Assembly: GCA_964016885.1 (NCBI GenBank)
Contig: OZ024743.1
Coordinates: 373,798,001 to 373,862,000 of the forward strand
Reading direction: 5' to 3'
Length of the DNA stretch: 64,000 nucleotides
Origin: Eledone cirrhosa
Lineage: Eukaryota
Shown: positions 50,294 through 64,000 of the stretch, in pieces
Numbering within the stretch: the first letter of the stretch is position 1
Layout: each line of letters opens with the position of its first letter
The notes under the pieces: generated by a model
What the model saw: the letters and a program-made list of their open reading frames with translations, nothing else
Databases searched by the model: none
Told to the model about the DNA's origin: nothing
Translations under genes and position numbers: made by a program

Positions 50294-53200
50294 AACTATA
50301 CCAAGAGGGTGTACCAACATACTATTATTAACTCCCAACTATACCAAGAGGGTGTACCAACATACCATTATTAACTCCCAACTATACCAAGAGGGTGTAC
50401 CAACATACTATTATTAACTCCCAACTATACCAAGAGGGTGTACCAACATACTATTATTAACTCCCAACTATACCAAGAGGGTGTACACACATACCATTAT
50501 TAACTACCCACATACCAAGAGGGTGTACCAACATACCATTATTAACTACCCACATACCAAGAGGGTGTACCAACATACCATTATTAACTACCAACTATAC
50601 CAAAAGGGTGTACCAACATACCATTATTAACTCCCAACTATACCAAGAGGGTGTACCAACATACCATTATTAACTACCCACATACCAAGAGGGTGTGCCA
50701 ACATCCCATTATTAACTACCAACTATACCAAAAGGGTGTACCAACATACCATTATTAACTACCAATTATACGAAGAGGGTGTACCAACATGCCATTATTA
50801 ACTCCCAACTATACCAAGAGGGTGTACCAACATACCATTATTAACTACCAATTATACCAAGATGGTGTACCAACATACCATTATTAACTACCAATTATAC
50901 CAAGATGGTGTACCAACATACCATTATTAACTACCAATTATACCAAGAGGGTGTACCAACATACCATTATTAACTACCAATTATACCAAGAGGGTGTACC
51001 AACATACCATTATTAACTACCAATTATACCAAGAGGGTGTACCAACATACCATTATTAACTACCAATTATACGAAGAGGGTGTACCAACATGCCATTATT
51101 AACTCCCAACTATACCAAGAGGGTGTACCAAGATACCATTATTAACTACCAATTATACCAAGAGGGTGTACCAACAAACCATTATTAACAACCAATTATA
51201 CCAAGAGGGTGTACCAACATACCATTATTAACTACCAATTATACCAAGATGGTGTACCAACATACCATTATTAACTACCAATTATATCAAGAGGGTGCAC
51301 CAACATACCATAATTACTACCAATTATACCAAGAGGGTGTACCAACATACCATTATTAACTACCAACTATACCAAGAGGGTGTACCAACATACCATTATT
51401 AACGACCAATTATACCAAGAGGGTGTACCAACATACCATTATTAACTACCAACTATACCAAGAGGGTGTACCAACATACTATTATTAACTACCCACATAC
51501 CAAGAGGGTGTACCAACATACCATTATTAACTACCAACTATACCAAGAGGGTGTACCAACATACTATTATTAACTACCCACATACAAAGAGGGTGTACCA
51601 ACATACCATTATTAACTACCCACATACCAAGAGGGTCTACCAACATACCATTATTAACTACCAATTATACCAAGAGGGTCTACCAACATACCATTATTAA
51701 CTACCAATTATACCAAGAGGGTGTACCAACATACCATTATTAACTACCGGCATACAAAGAGGGTGTACCAACATACCATTATTAACTACCCACATACCAA
51801 GAGGGTCTACCAACATACCATTATTAACTACCCACATACCAAGAGGGTCTACCAACATACCATTATTAACTACCCACATACCATGAGGGTGTACAAACAT
51901 ACCATTATTAACTACGCACATACCAAGAAGGTCTACCAACATACCATTACTAACTACCCACATACCAAGAGGGTCTACCAACATACCATTATTAACTACC
52001 AATTATACCAAGAGGGTGTACCAACATACCATTATTAACTACCAACTATACCAAGAGGGTGTACCAACATACCATTATTAACTACCAATTATACCAAGAG
52101 GGTGTACCAACATACCATTATTAACTACCTACATACCAAGAGGGTTTACCAACATACCATTATTAACTCCCCACATACCAAGAGGGTGTACCAACATACC
52201 ATTATTAACTACCGATTATACCAAGAGGGTGTACCAACATACTATTATTAACTCCCAACTATACCAAGAGGGTGTACCAACATACCATTATTAACTACCC
52301 ACATACAAAGAGGGTGTACCAACATACCATTATTAACTACCAACTATACCAAGAGGGTGTACCAACATACCATTATTAACTACCCACATACCAAGAGGGT
52401 GTACCAACATACCATTATTTACTACCCACATACCAAGAGGGTGTACCAACATACCATTATTAACTACCAACTATACCAAGAGGGTGTACCAACATACCAT
52501 TATTAACTACCAACTATACCAAGAGGGTGTACCAACATACCATTAATAACTACCAATTATACCAAGAGGGTGTACCAACATACTATTATTAACTACCAAT
52601 TATACCAAGAGGGTGAACCAACATACTATTATTAACTACCAATTATACCAAGAGGGTGTACCAACATACCATTATTAACTACCAACTATACCAAGAGGGT
52701 GTACCAACATACCATTATTAACTCCCAACTATACCAAGAGGGTGTACCAACATACTATTATTAACTCACAACTATACCAAGAGGGTGTACCAACATACCA
52801 TTATTAACTACCCACATACCAAGAGGGTGTACCAACATACCATTATTAACTACCCACATACCAAGAGGGTGTACCAACATACCATTATTAACTACCAACT
52901 ATACCAAGAGGGTGTACCAACATACCATTATTAACTACCAATTAAACCAAGAGGGTGTACCAACATACTATTATTAACTACCCACATACCAAGAGGGTGT
53001 ACCAACATACTATTATTAACTACCAATTATATCAAGAGGGTGTACCAACATACCATTATTAACTCCCAACTATACCAAGAGGGTGTACCAACATACCATT
53101 ATTAACTACCAACTATACCAAGAGGGTGTACCAACATACTATTATTAACTCCCAACTATACCAAGAGGGTGTACCAACATACCATTATTAACTACCAACT

Positions 53201-56200
53201 ATACCAAGAGGGTGTACCAACATACCATTATTAACTCCCAACTATATCAAGAGGGTGTACCAACATACCATTATTAACTACCAATTATACCAAGAGGGTG
53301 TACCAACATACTATTATTAACTCCCAACTATACCAAGAGGGTGTACCAACATACCATTATTAACTACCCACATACCAAGAGGGTGTACCAACATACCATT
53401 ATTAACTACCCACATACCAAGAGGGTGTACCAACATACCATTATTAACTACCAACTATACCAAGAGGGTGTACCAACATACCATTATTAACTACCCACAT
53501 ACCAAGAGGGTGTACCAACATACCATTATTAACTACCAACTATACCAAGAGGGTGTACCAACATACCATTATTAACTACCAATTAAAACAAGAGGGTGTA
53601 CCAACATACTATTATTAACTACCCACATACCAAGAGGGTGTACCAACATACCATTATTAACTCCCAACTATACCAAGAGGGTGTACCAACATACTATTAT
53701 TAACTACCAATTATATCAAGAGGGTGTACCAACATACCATTATTAACTCCCAACTATACCAAGAGGGTGTACGAACATACCATTATTAACTACCAACTAT
53801 ACCAAGAGGGTGTACCAACATACCATTATTAACTACCAATTATACCAAGAGGGTGTACCAACATACTATTATTAACTACCAATTATACCAAGAGGGTGTA
53901 CCAACATACTATTATTAACTACCAATTATACCAAGAGGGTGTACCAACATACCATTATTAACTACCAACTATACCAAGAGGGTGTACCAACATACCATTA
54001 TTAACTACCAACTATACCAAGAGGGTGTACCAACATACCATTATTAACTACCAATTATACCAAGAGGGTGTACCAACATAATATTATTAACTACCAATTA
54101 TACCAAGAGGGTGTACCAACATACTATTATTAACTACCAATTATACCAAGAGGGTGTACCAACATACCATTATTAACTACCAACTATACCAAGAGGGTGT
54201 ACCAACATACCATTATTAACTCCCAACTATACCAAGAGGGTGTACCAACATACTATTATTAACTCCCAACTATACCAAGAGGGTGTACCAACATACCATT
54301 ATTAACTACCCACATACCAAGAGGGTGTACCAACATACCATTATTCACTACCAATTATATCAAGAGGGTGTACCAACATACCATTATTAACTACCCACAT
54401 ACCAAGAGGGTGTACCAACATAACATTATTAACTACCAACTATACCAAGAGGGTGTACCAACATACCATTATTAACTACCAATTAAACCAAGAGGGTGTA
54501 CCAACATACTATTATTAACTACCCACATACCAAGAGGGTGTACCAACATACTATTATTAACTACCAATTATATCAAGAGGGTGTACCAACATACCATTAT
54601 TAACTCCCAACTATACCAAGAGGGTGTACCAACATACCATTATTAACTACCAACTATACCAAGAGGGTGTACCAACATACTATTATTAACTCCCAACTAT
54701 ACCAAGAGGGTGTACCAACATACCATTATTAACTACCAACTATACCAAGAGGGTGTACCAACATACCATTATTAACTCCCAACTATATCAAGAGGGTGTA
54801 CCAACATACCATTATTAACTACCAATTATACCAAGAGGGTGTACCCACATACTATTATTAACTCCCAACTATACCAAGAGGGTGTACCAACATACCATTA
54901 TTAACTACTCACATACCAAGAGGGTGTACCAACATACCATTATTAACTACCCACATACCAAGAGGGTGTACCAACATACCATTATTAACTACCAACTATA
55001 CCAAAAGGGTGTACCAACATACCATTATTAACTCCCAACTATACCAAGAGGGTGTACCAACATACCATTATTAACTACCCACATACCAAGAGGGTGTACC
55101 AACATACCATTATTAACTACCAACTATACCAAGAGGGTGTACCAACATACCATTATTAACTACCAATTATACCAAGAGGGTGTACCAACATAATATTATT
55201 AACTACCAATTATACCAAGAGGGTGTACCAACATACTATTATTAACTACCAATTATACCAAGAGGGTGTACCAACATACCATTATTAACTACCAACTATA
55301 CCAAGAGGGTGTACCAACATACCATTATTAACTACCAATTAAAACAAGAGGGTGTACCAACATACTATTATTAACTACCCACATACCCAGAGGGTGTACC
55401 AACATACCATTATTAACTCCCAACTATAACAAGAGGGTGTACCAACATACTATTATTAACTACCAATTATATCAAGAGGGTGTACCAACATACCATTATT
55501 AACTCCCAACTATACCAAGAGGGTGTACCAACATACCATTATTAACTACCAATTATACCAAGAGGGTGTACCAACATAATATTATTAACTACCAATTATA
55601 CCAAGAGGGTGTACCAACATACTATTATTAACTACCAATTATACCAAGAGGGTGTACCAACATACCATTATTAACTACCAACTATACCAAGAGGGTGTAC
55701 CAACATACCATTATTAACTCCCAACTATACCAAGAGGGTGTACCAACATACTATTATTAACTCCCAACTATACCAAGAGGGTGTACCAACATACCATTAT
55801 TAACTACCCACATACCAAGAGGGTGTACCAACATACCATTATTCACTACCAATTATATCAAGAGGGTGTACCAACATACCATTATTAACTACCCACATAC
55901 CAAGAGGGTGTACCAACATACCATTATTAATTACCAACTATACCAAGAGGGTGTACCAACATACCATTATTAACTACCAATTAAACCAAGAGGGTGTACC
56001 AACATACTATTATTAACTACCCACATACCAAGAGGGTGTACCAACATACTATTATTAACTACCAATTATATCAAGAGGGTGTACCAACATACCATTATTA
56101 ACTCCCAACTATACCAAGAGGGTGTACCAACATACCATTATTAACTACCAACTATACCAAGAGGGTGTACCAACATACTATTATTAACTCCCAACTATAC

Positions 56201-59200
56201 TAAGAGGGTGTACCAACATACCATTATTAACTACCAACTATATCAAGAGGGTGTACCAACATACCATTATTAACTCCCAACTATATCAAGAGGGTGTACC
56301 AACATACCATTATTAACTACCAATTATACCAAGAGGGTGTACCAACATACTATTATTAACAACCAACTATACCAAGAGGGTGTACCAACATACCATTATT
56401 AACTACCCACATACCAAGAGCGTGTACCAACATACCATTATTAACTACCCACATACCAAGAGGGTGTACCAACATACCATTATTAACTACCAACTATACC
56501 AAAAGGGTGTACCAACATACCATTATTAACTCCCAACTATACCAAGAGGGTGTACCAACATACCATTACTAACTACCCACATACCAAGAGGGTGTACCAA
56601 CATACCATTATTAACTCCCAACTATACCAAGAGGGTGTACCAACATACCATTATTAACTACCAACTATATCAAGAGGGTGTACCAACATACCATTATTAA
56701 CTCCCAACTATATCAAGAGGGTGTACCAACATACCATTATTAACTACCAATTATACCAAGAGGGTGTACCAACATACTATTATTAACAACCAACTATACC
56801 AAGAGGGTGTACCAACATACCATTATTAACTACCCACATACCAAGAGCGTTTACCAACATACCATTATTAACTACCCACATACCAAGAGGGTGTACCAAC
56901 ATACCATTATTAACTACCAACTATACCAAAAGGGTGTACCAACATACCATTATTAACTCCCAACTATACCAAGAGGGTGTACCAACATACCATTACTAAC
57001 TACCCACATACCAAGAGGGTGTACCAACATACCATTATTAACTACCAACTATACCAAGAGGGTGTACCAACATACCATTATTAACTACCAATTAAACCAA
57101 GAGGGTGTACCAACATACTATTATTAACTACCCACATACCAAGAGGGTGTACCAACATACTATTATTAACTACCAATTATATCAAGAGGGTGTACCAACA
57201 TACCATTATTAACTCCCAACTATACCAAGAGGGTGTACCAACATACCATTATTAACTACCAACTATACCAAGAGGGTGTACCAACATACTATTATTAACT
57301 CCCAACTATACCAAGAGGGTGTACCAACATACCATTATTAACTACCAACTATACCAAGAGGGTGTACCAACATACCATTATTAACTCCCAACTATATCAA
57401 GAGGGTGTACCAACATACCATTATTAACTACCAATTATACCAAGAGGGTGTACCAACATACTATTATTAACTCCCAACTATACCAAGAGGGTGTACCAAC
57501 ATACCATTATTAACTACTCACATACCAAGAGGGTGTACCAACATACCATTATTAACTACCCACATACCAAGAGGGTGTACCAACATACCATTATTAACTA
57601 CCAACTATACCAAAAGGGTGTACCAACATACCATTATTAACTCCCAACTATACCAAGAGGGTGTACCAACATACCATTATTAACTACCCACATACCAAGA
57701 GGGTGTACCAACATACCATTATTAACTACCAACTATACCAAGAGGGTGTACCAACATACCATTATTAACTACCAATTAAAACAAGAGGGTGTACCAACAT
57801 ACTATTATTAACTACCCACATACCCAGAGGGTGTACCAACATACCATTATTAACTCCCAACTATAACAAGAGGGTGTACCAACATACTATTATTAACTAC
57901 CAATTATATCAAGAGGGTGTACCAACATACCATTATTAACTCCCAACTATACCAAGAGGGTGTACCAACATACCATTATTAACTACCAATTATACCAAGA
58001 GGGTGTACCAACATAATATTATTAACTACCAATTATACCAAGAGGGTGTACCAACATACTATTATTAACTACCAATTATACCAAGAGGGTGTACCAACAT
58101 ACCATTATTAACTACCAACTATACCAAGAGGGTGTACCAACATACCATTATTAACTCCCAACTATACCAAGAGGGTGTACCAACATACTATTATTAACTC
58201 CCAACTATACCAAGAGGGTGTACCAACATACCATTATTAACTACCCACATACCAAGAGGGTGTACCAACATACCATTATTCACTACCAATTATATCAAGA
58301 GGGTGTACCAACATACCATTATTAACTACCCACATACCAAGAGGGTGTACCAACATACCATTATTAACTACCAACTATACCAAGAGGGTGTACCAACATA
58401 CCATTATTAACTACCAATTAAACCAAGAGGGTGTACCAACATACTATTATTAACTACCCACATACCAAGAGGGTGTACCAACATACTATTATTAACTACC
58501 AATTATATCAAGAGGGTGTACCAACATACCATTATTAACTCCCAACTATACCAAGAGGGTGTACCAACATACCATTATTAACTACCAACTATACCAAAAG
58601 GGTGTACCAACATACCATTATTAACTCCCAACTATACCAAGAGGGTGTACCAACATACCATTATTAACTACCCACATACCAAGAGGGTGTGCCAACATAC
58701 CATTATTAACTACCAACTATACCAAAAGGGTGTACCAACATACCATTATTAACTACCAATTATACGAAGAGGGTGTACCAACATGCCATTATTAACTCCC
58801 AACTATACCAAGAGGGTGTACCAACATACCATTATTAACTACCAATTATACCAAGATGGTGTACCAACATACCATTATTAACTACCAATTATACCAAGAT
58901 GGTGTACCAACATACCATTATTAACTACCAATTATACCAAGAGGGTGTACCAACATACCATTATTAACTACCAATTATACCAAGAGGGTGTACCAACATA
59001 CCATTATTAACTACCAATTATACCAAGAGGGTGTACCAACATACCATTATTAACTACCAATTATACGAAGAGGGTGTACCAACATGCCATTATTAACTCC
59101 CAACTATACCAAGAGGGTGTACCAAGATACCATTATTAACTACCAATTATACCAAGAGGGTGTACCAACAAACCATTATTAACAACCAATTATACCAAGA

Positions 59201-62200
59201 GGGTGTACCAACATACCATTATTAACTACCAATTATACCAAGATGGTGTACCAACATACCATTATTAACTACCAATTATATCAAGAGGGTGCACCAACAT
59301 ACCATAATTACTACCAATTATACCAAGAGGGTGTACCAACATACCATTATTAACTACCAACTATACCAAGAGGGTGTACCAACATACCATTATTAACGAC
59401 CAATTATACCAAGAGGGTGTACCAACATACCATTATTAACTACCAACTATACCAAGAGGGTGTACCAACATACTATTATTAACTACCCACATACCAAGAG
59501 GGTGTACCAACATACCATTATTAACTACCAACTATACCAAGAGGGTGTACCAACATACTATTATTAACTACCCACATACAAAGAGGGTGTACCAACATAC
59601 CATTATTAACTACCCACATACCAAGAGGGTCTACCAACATACCATTATTAACTACCAATTATACCAAGAGGGTCTACCAACATACCATTATTAACTACCA
59701 ATTATACCAAGAGGGTGTACCAACATACCATTATTAACTACCGGCATACAAAGAGGGTGTACCAACATACCATTATTAACTACCCACATACCAAGAGGGT
59801 CTACCAACATACCATTATTAACTACCCACATACCAAGAGGGTCTACCAACATACCATTATTAACTACCCACATACCATGAGGGTGTACAAACATACCATT
59901 ATTAACTACGCACATACCAAGAAGGTCTACCAACATACCATTACTAACTACCCACATACCAAGAGGGTCTACCAACATACCATTATTAACTACCAATTAT
60001 ACCAAGAGGGTGTACCAACATACCATTATTAACTACCAACTATACCAAGAGGGTGTACCAACATACCATTATTAACTACCAATTATACCAAGAGGGTGTA
60101 CCAACATACCATTATTAACTACCTACATACCAAGAGGGTTTACCAACATACCATTATTAACTCCCCACATACCAAGAGGGTGTACCAACATACCATTATT
60201 AACTACCGATTATACCAAGAGGGTGTACCAACATACTATTATTAACTCCCAACTATACCAAGAGGGTGTACCAACATACCATTATTAACTACCCACATAC
60301 AAAGAGGGTGTACCAACATACCATTATTAACTACCAACTATACCAAGAGGGTGTACCAACATACCATTATTAACTACCCACATACCAAGAGGGTGTACCA
60401 ACATACCATTATTTACTACCCACATACCAAGAGGGTGTACCAACATACCATTATTAACTACCAACTATACCAAGAGGGTGTACCAACATACCATTATTAA
60501 CTACCAACTATACCAAGAGGGTGTACCAACATACCATTATTAACTACCAATTAAACCAAGAGGGTGTACCAACATACTATTATTAACTACCAATTATACC
60601 AAGAGGGTGAACCAACATACTATTATTAACTACCAATTATACCAAGAGGGTGTACCAACATACCATTATTAACTACCAACTATACCAAGAGGGTGTACCA
60701 ACATACCATTATTAACTCCCAACTATACCAAGAGGGTGTACCAACATACTATTATTAACTCACAACTATACCAAGAGGGTGTACCAACATACCATTATTA
60801 ACTACCCACATACCAAGAGGGTGTACCAACATACCATTATTAACTACCCACATACCAAGAGGGTGTACCAACATACCATTATTAACTACCAACTATACCA
60901 AGAGGGTGTACCAACATACCATTATTAACTACCAATTAAACCAAGAGGGTGTACCAACATACTATTATTAACTACCCACATACCAAGAGGGTGTACCAAC
61001 ATACTATTATTAACTACCAATTATATCAAGAGGGTGTACCAACATACCATTATTAACTCCCAACTATACCAAGAGGGTGTACCAACATACCATTATTAAC
61101 TACCAACTATACCAAGAGGGTGTACCAACATACTATTATTAACTCCCAACTATACCAAGAGGGTGTACCAACATACCATTATTAACTACCAACTATACCA
61201 AGAGGGTGTACCAACATACCATTATTAACTCCCAACTATATCAAGAGGGTGTACCAACATACCATTATTAACTACCAATTATACCAAGAGGGTGTACCAA
61301 CATACTATTATTAACTCCCAACTATACCAAGAGGGTGTACCAACATACCATTATTAACTACCCACATACCAAGAGGGTGTACCAACATACCATTATTAAC
61401 TACCCACATACCAAGAGGGTGTACCAACATACCATTATTAACTACCAACTATACCAAGAGGGTGTACCAACATACCATTATTAACTACCCACATACCAAG
61501 AGGGTGTACCAACATACCATTATTAACTACCAACTATACCAAGAGGGTGTACCAACATACCATTATTAACTACCAATTAAAACAAGAGGGTGTACCAACA
61601 TACTATTATTAACTACCCACATACCAAGAGGGTGTACCAACATACCATTATTAACTCCCAACTATACCAAGAGGGTGTACCAACATACTATTATTAACTA
61701 CCAATTATATCAAGAGGGTGTACCAACATACCATTATTAACTCCCAACTATACCAAGAGGGTGTACGAACATACCATTATTAACTACCAACTATACCAAG
61801 AGGGTGTACCAACATACCATTATTAACTACCAATTATACCAAGAGGGTGTACCAACATACTATTATTAACTACCAATTATACCAAGAGGGTGTACCAACA
61901 TACTATTATTAACTACCAATTATACCAAGAGGGTGTACCAACATACCATTATTAACTACCAACTATACCAAGAGGGTGTACCAACATACCATTATTAACT
62001 ACCAACTATACCAAGAGGGTGTACCAACATACCATTATTAACTACCAATTATACCAAGAGGGTGTACCAACATAATATTATTAACTACCAATTATACCAA
62101 GAGGGTGTACCAACATACTATTATTAACTACCAATTATACCAAGAGGGTGTACCAACATACCATTATTAACTACCAACTATACCAAGAGGGTGTACCAAC

Positions 62201-64000
62201 ATACCATTATTAACTCCCAACTATACCAAGAGGGTGTACCAACATACTATTATTAACTCCCAACTATACCAAGAGGGTGTACCAACATACCATTATTAAC
62301 TACCCACATACCAAGAGGGTGTACCAACATACCATTATTCACTACCAATTATATCAAGAGGGTGTACCAACATACCATTATTAACTACCCACATACCAAG
62401 AGGGTGTACCAACATAACATTATTAACTACCAACTATACCAAGAGGGTGTACCAACATACCATTATTAACTACCAATTAAACCAAGAGGGTGTACCAACA
62501 TACTATTATTAACTACCCACATACCAAGAGGGTGTACCAACATACTATTATTAACTACCAATTATATCAAGAGGGTGTACCAACATACCATTATTAACTC
62601 CCAACTATACCAAGAGGGTGTACCAACATACCATTATTAACTACCAACTATACCAAGAGGGTGTACCAACATACTATTATTAACTCCCAACTATACCAAG
62701 AGGGTGTACCAACATACCATTATTAACTACCAACTATACCAAGAGGGTGTACCAACATACCATTATTAACTCCCAACTATATCAAGAGGGTGTACCAACA
62801 TACCATTATTAACTACCAATTATACCAAGAGGGTGTACCCACATACTATTATTAACTCCCAACTATACCAAGAGGGTGTACCAACATACCATTATTAACT
62901 ACTCACATACCAAGAGGGTGTACCAACATACCATTATTAACTACCCACATACCAAGAGGGTGTACCAACATACCATTATTAACTACCAACTATACCAAAA
63001 GGGTGTACCAACATACCATTATTAACTCCCAACTATACCAAGAGGGTGTACCAACATACCATTATTAACTACCCACATACCAAGAGGGTGTACCAACATA
63101 CCATTATTAACTACCAACTATACCAAGAGGGTGTACCAACATACCATTATTAACTACCAATTATACCAAGAGGGTGTACCAACATAATATTATTAACTAC
63201 CAATTATACCAAGAGGGTGTACCAACATACTATTATTAACTACCAATTATACCAAGAGGGTGTACCAACATACCATTATTAACTACCAACTATACCAAGA
63301 GGGTGTACCAACATACCATTATTAACTACCAATTAAAACAAGAGGGTGTACCAACATACTATTATTAACTACCCACATACCCAGAGGGTGTACCAACATA
63401 CCATTATTAACTCCCAACTATAACAAGAGGGTGTACCAACATACTATTATTAACTACCAATTATATCAAGAGGGTGTACCAACATACCATTATTAACTCC
63501 CAACTATACCAAGAGGGTGTACCAACATACCATTATTAACTACCAATTATACCAAGAGGGTGTACCAACATAATATTATTAACTACCAATTATACCAAGA
63601 GGGTGTACCAACATACTATTATTAACTACCAATTATACCAAGAGGGTGTACCAACATACCATTATTAACTACCAACTATACCAAGAGGGTGTACCAACAT
63701 ACCATTATTAACTCCCAACTATACCAAGAGGGTGTACCAACATACTATTATTAACTCCCAACTATACCAAGAGGGTGTACCAACATACCATTATTAACTA
63801 CCCACATACCAAGAGGGTGTACCAACATACCATTATTCACTACCAATTATATCAAGAGGGTGTACCAACATACCATTATTAACTACCCACATACCAAGAG
63901 GGTGTACCAACATACCATTATTAATTACCAACTATACCAAGAGGGTGTACCAACATACCATTATTAACTACCAATTAAACCAAGAGGGTGTACCAACATA
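50292..64000. repeat. 42/43-bp tandem satellite (~320 monomers; ATACCAAGAGGGTGTACCAACATACCATTATTAACT + ACCAACT/ACCAATT/CCCAACT/ACCCAC), open at the right edge
   Basis: CCAAGAGGGTGTACC occurs at 50301, 50344, 50387 and onward; identical variant blocks recur at offset 7994. Confidence 0.98.

Noticed and set aside
50292-64000. CRISPR array, telomeric repeat, or ORFs 51697-52038 / 59691-60032
   Set aside because: The variable part is only 6-7 nt and reused, and there are no TTAGGG runs. The ORFs arise where 42-bp variants run consecutively.

Overview
This is eukaryotic, gene-free repetitive DNA. The SINE types and the saturation with (TA)n/(TG)n/(ATGT)n microsatellites suggest an Octopus-like cephalopod (inference from recalled repeat sequences, not a search). 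Two large satellite arrays bracket the window: a 40-bp satellite (1-6950) and a 42/43-bp satellite (50292-64000), both with higher-order duplications. Between them is a dense pile of mobile elements. These are three Penelope-like elements (RT + C-terminal GIY-YIG), five minimal type-I hammerhead ribozyme motifs, three RT+RLE (R4/Dong-like) LINEs, two head-to-tail Tx1/L1-like LINEs, RTE-type fragments, tRNA-like SINEs, and non-autonomous Helitron-like elements carrying internal tandem repeats. Each family sits in its own microsatellite: (TA)n for PLEs, (ATGT)n for one R4-like family, and (ATT)n for Dong-like, Tx1-like and SINE tails. No host protein-coding gene, rRNA, tRNA or CRISPR array is supported. 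Most ORF-track entries are microsatellite or antisense artefacts.
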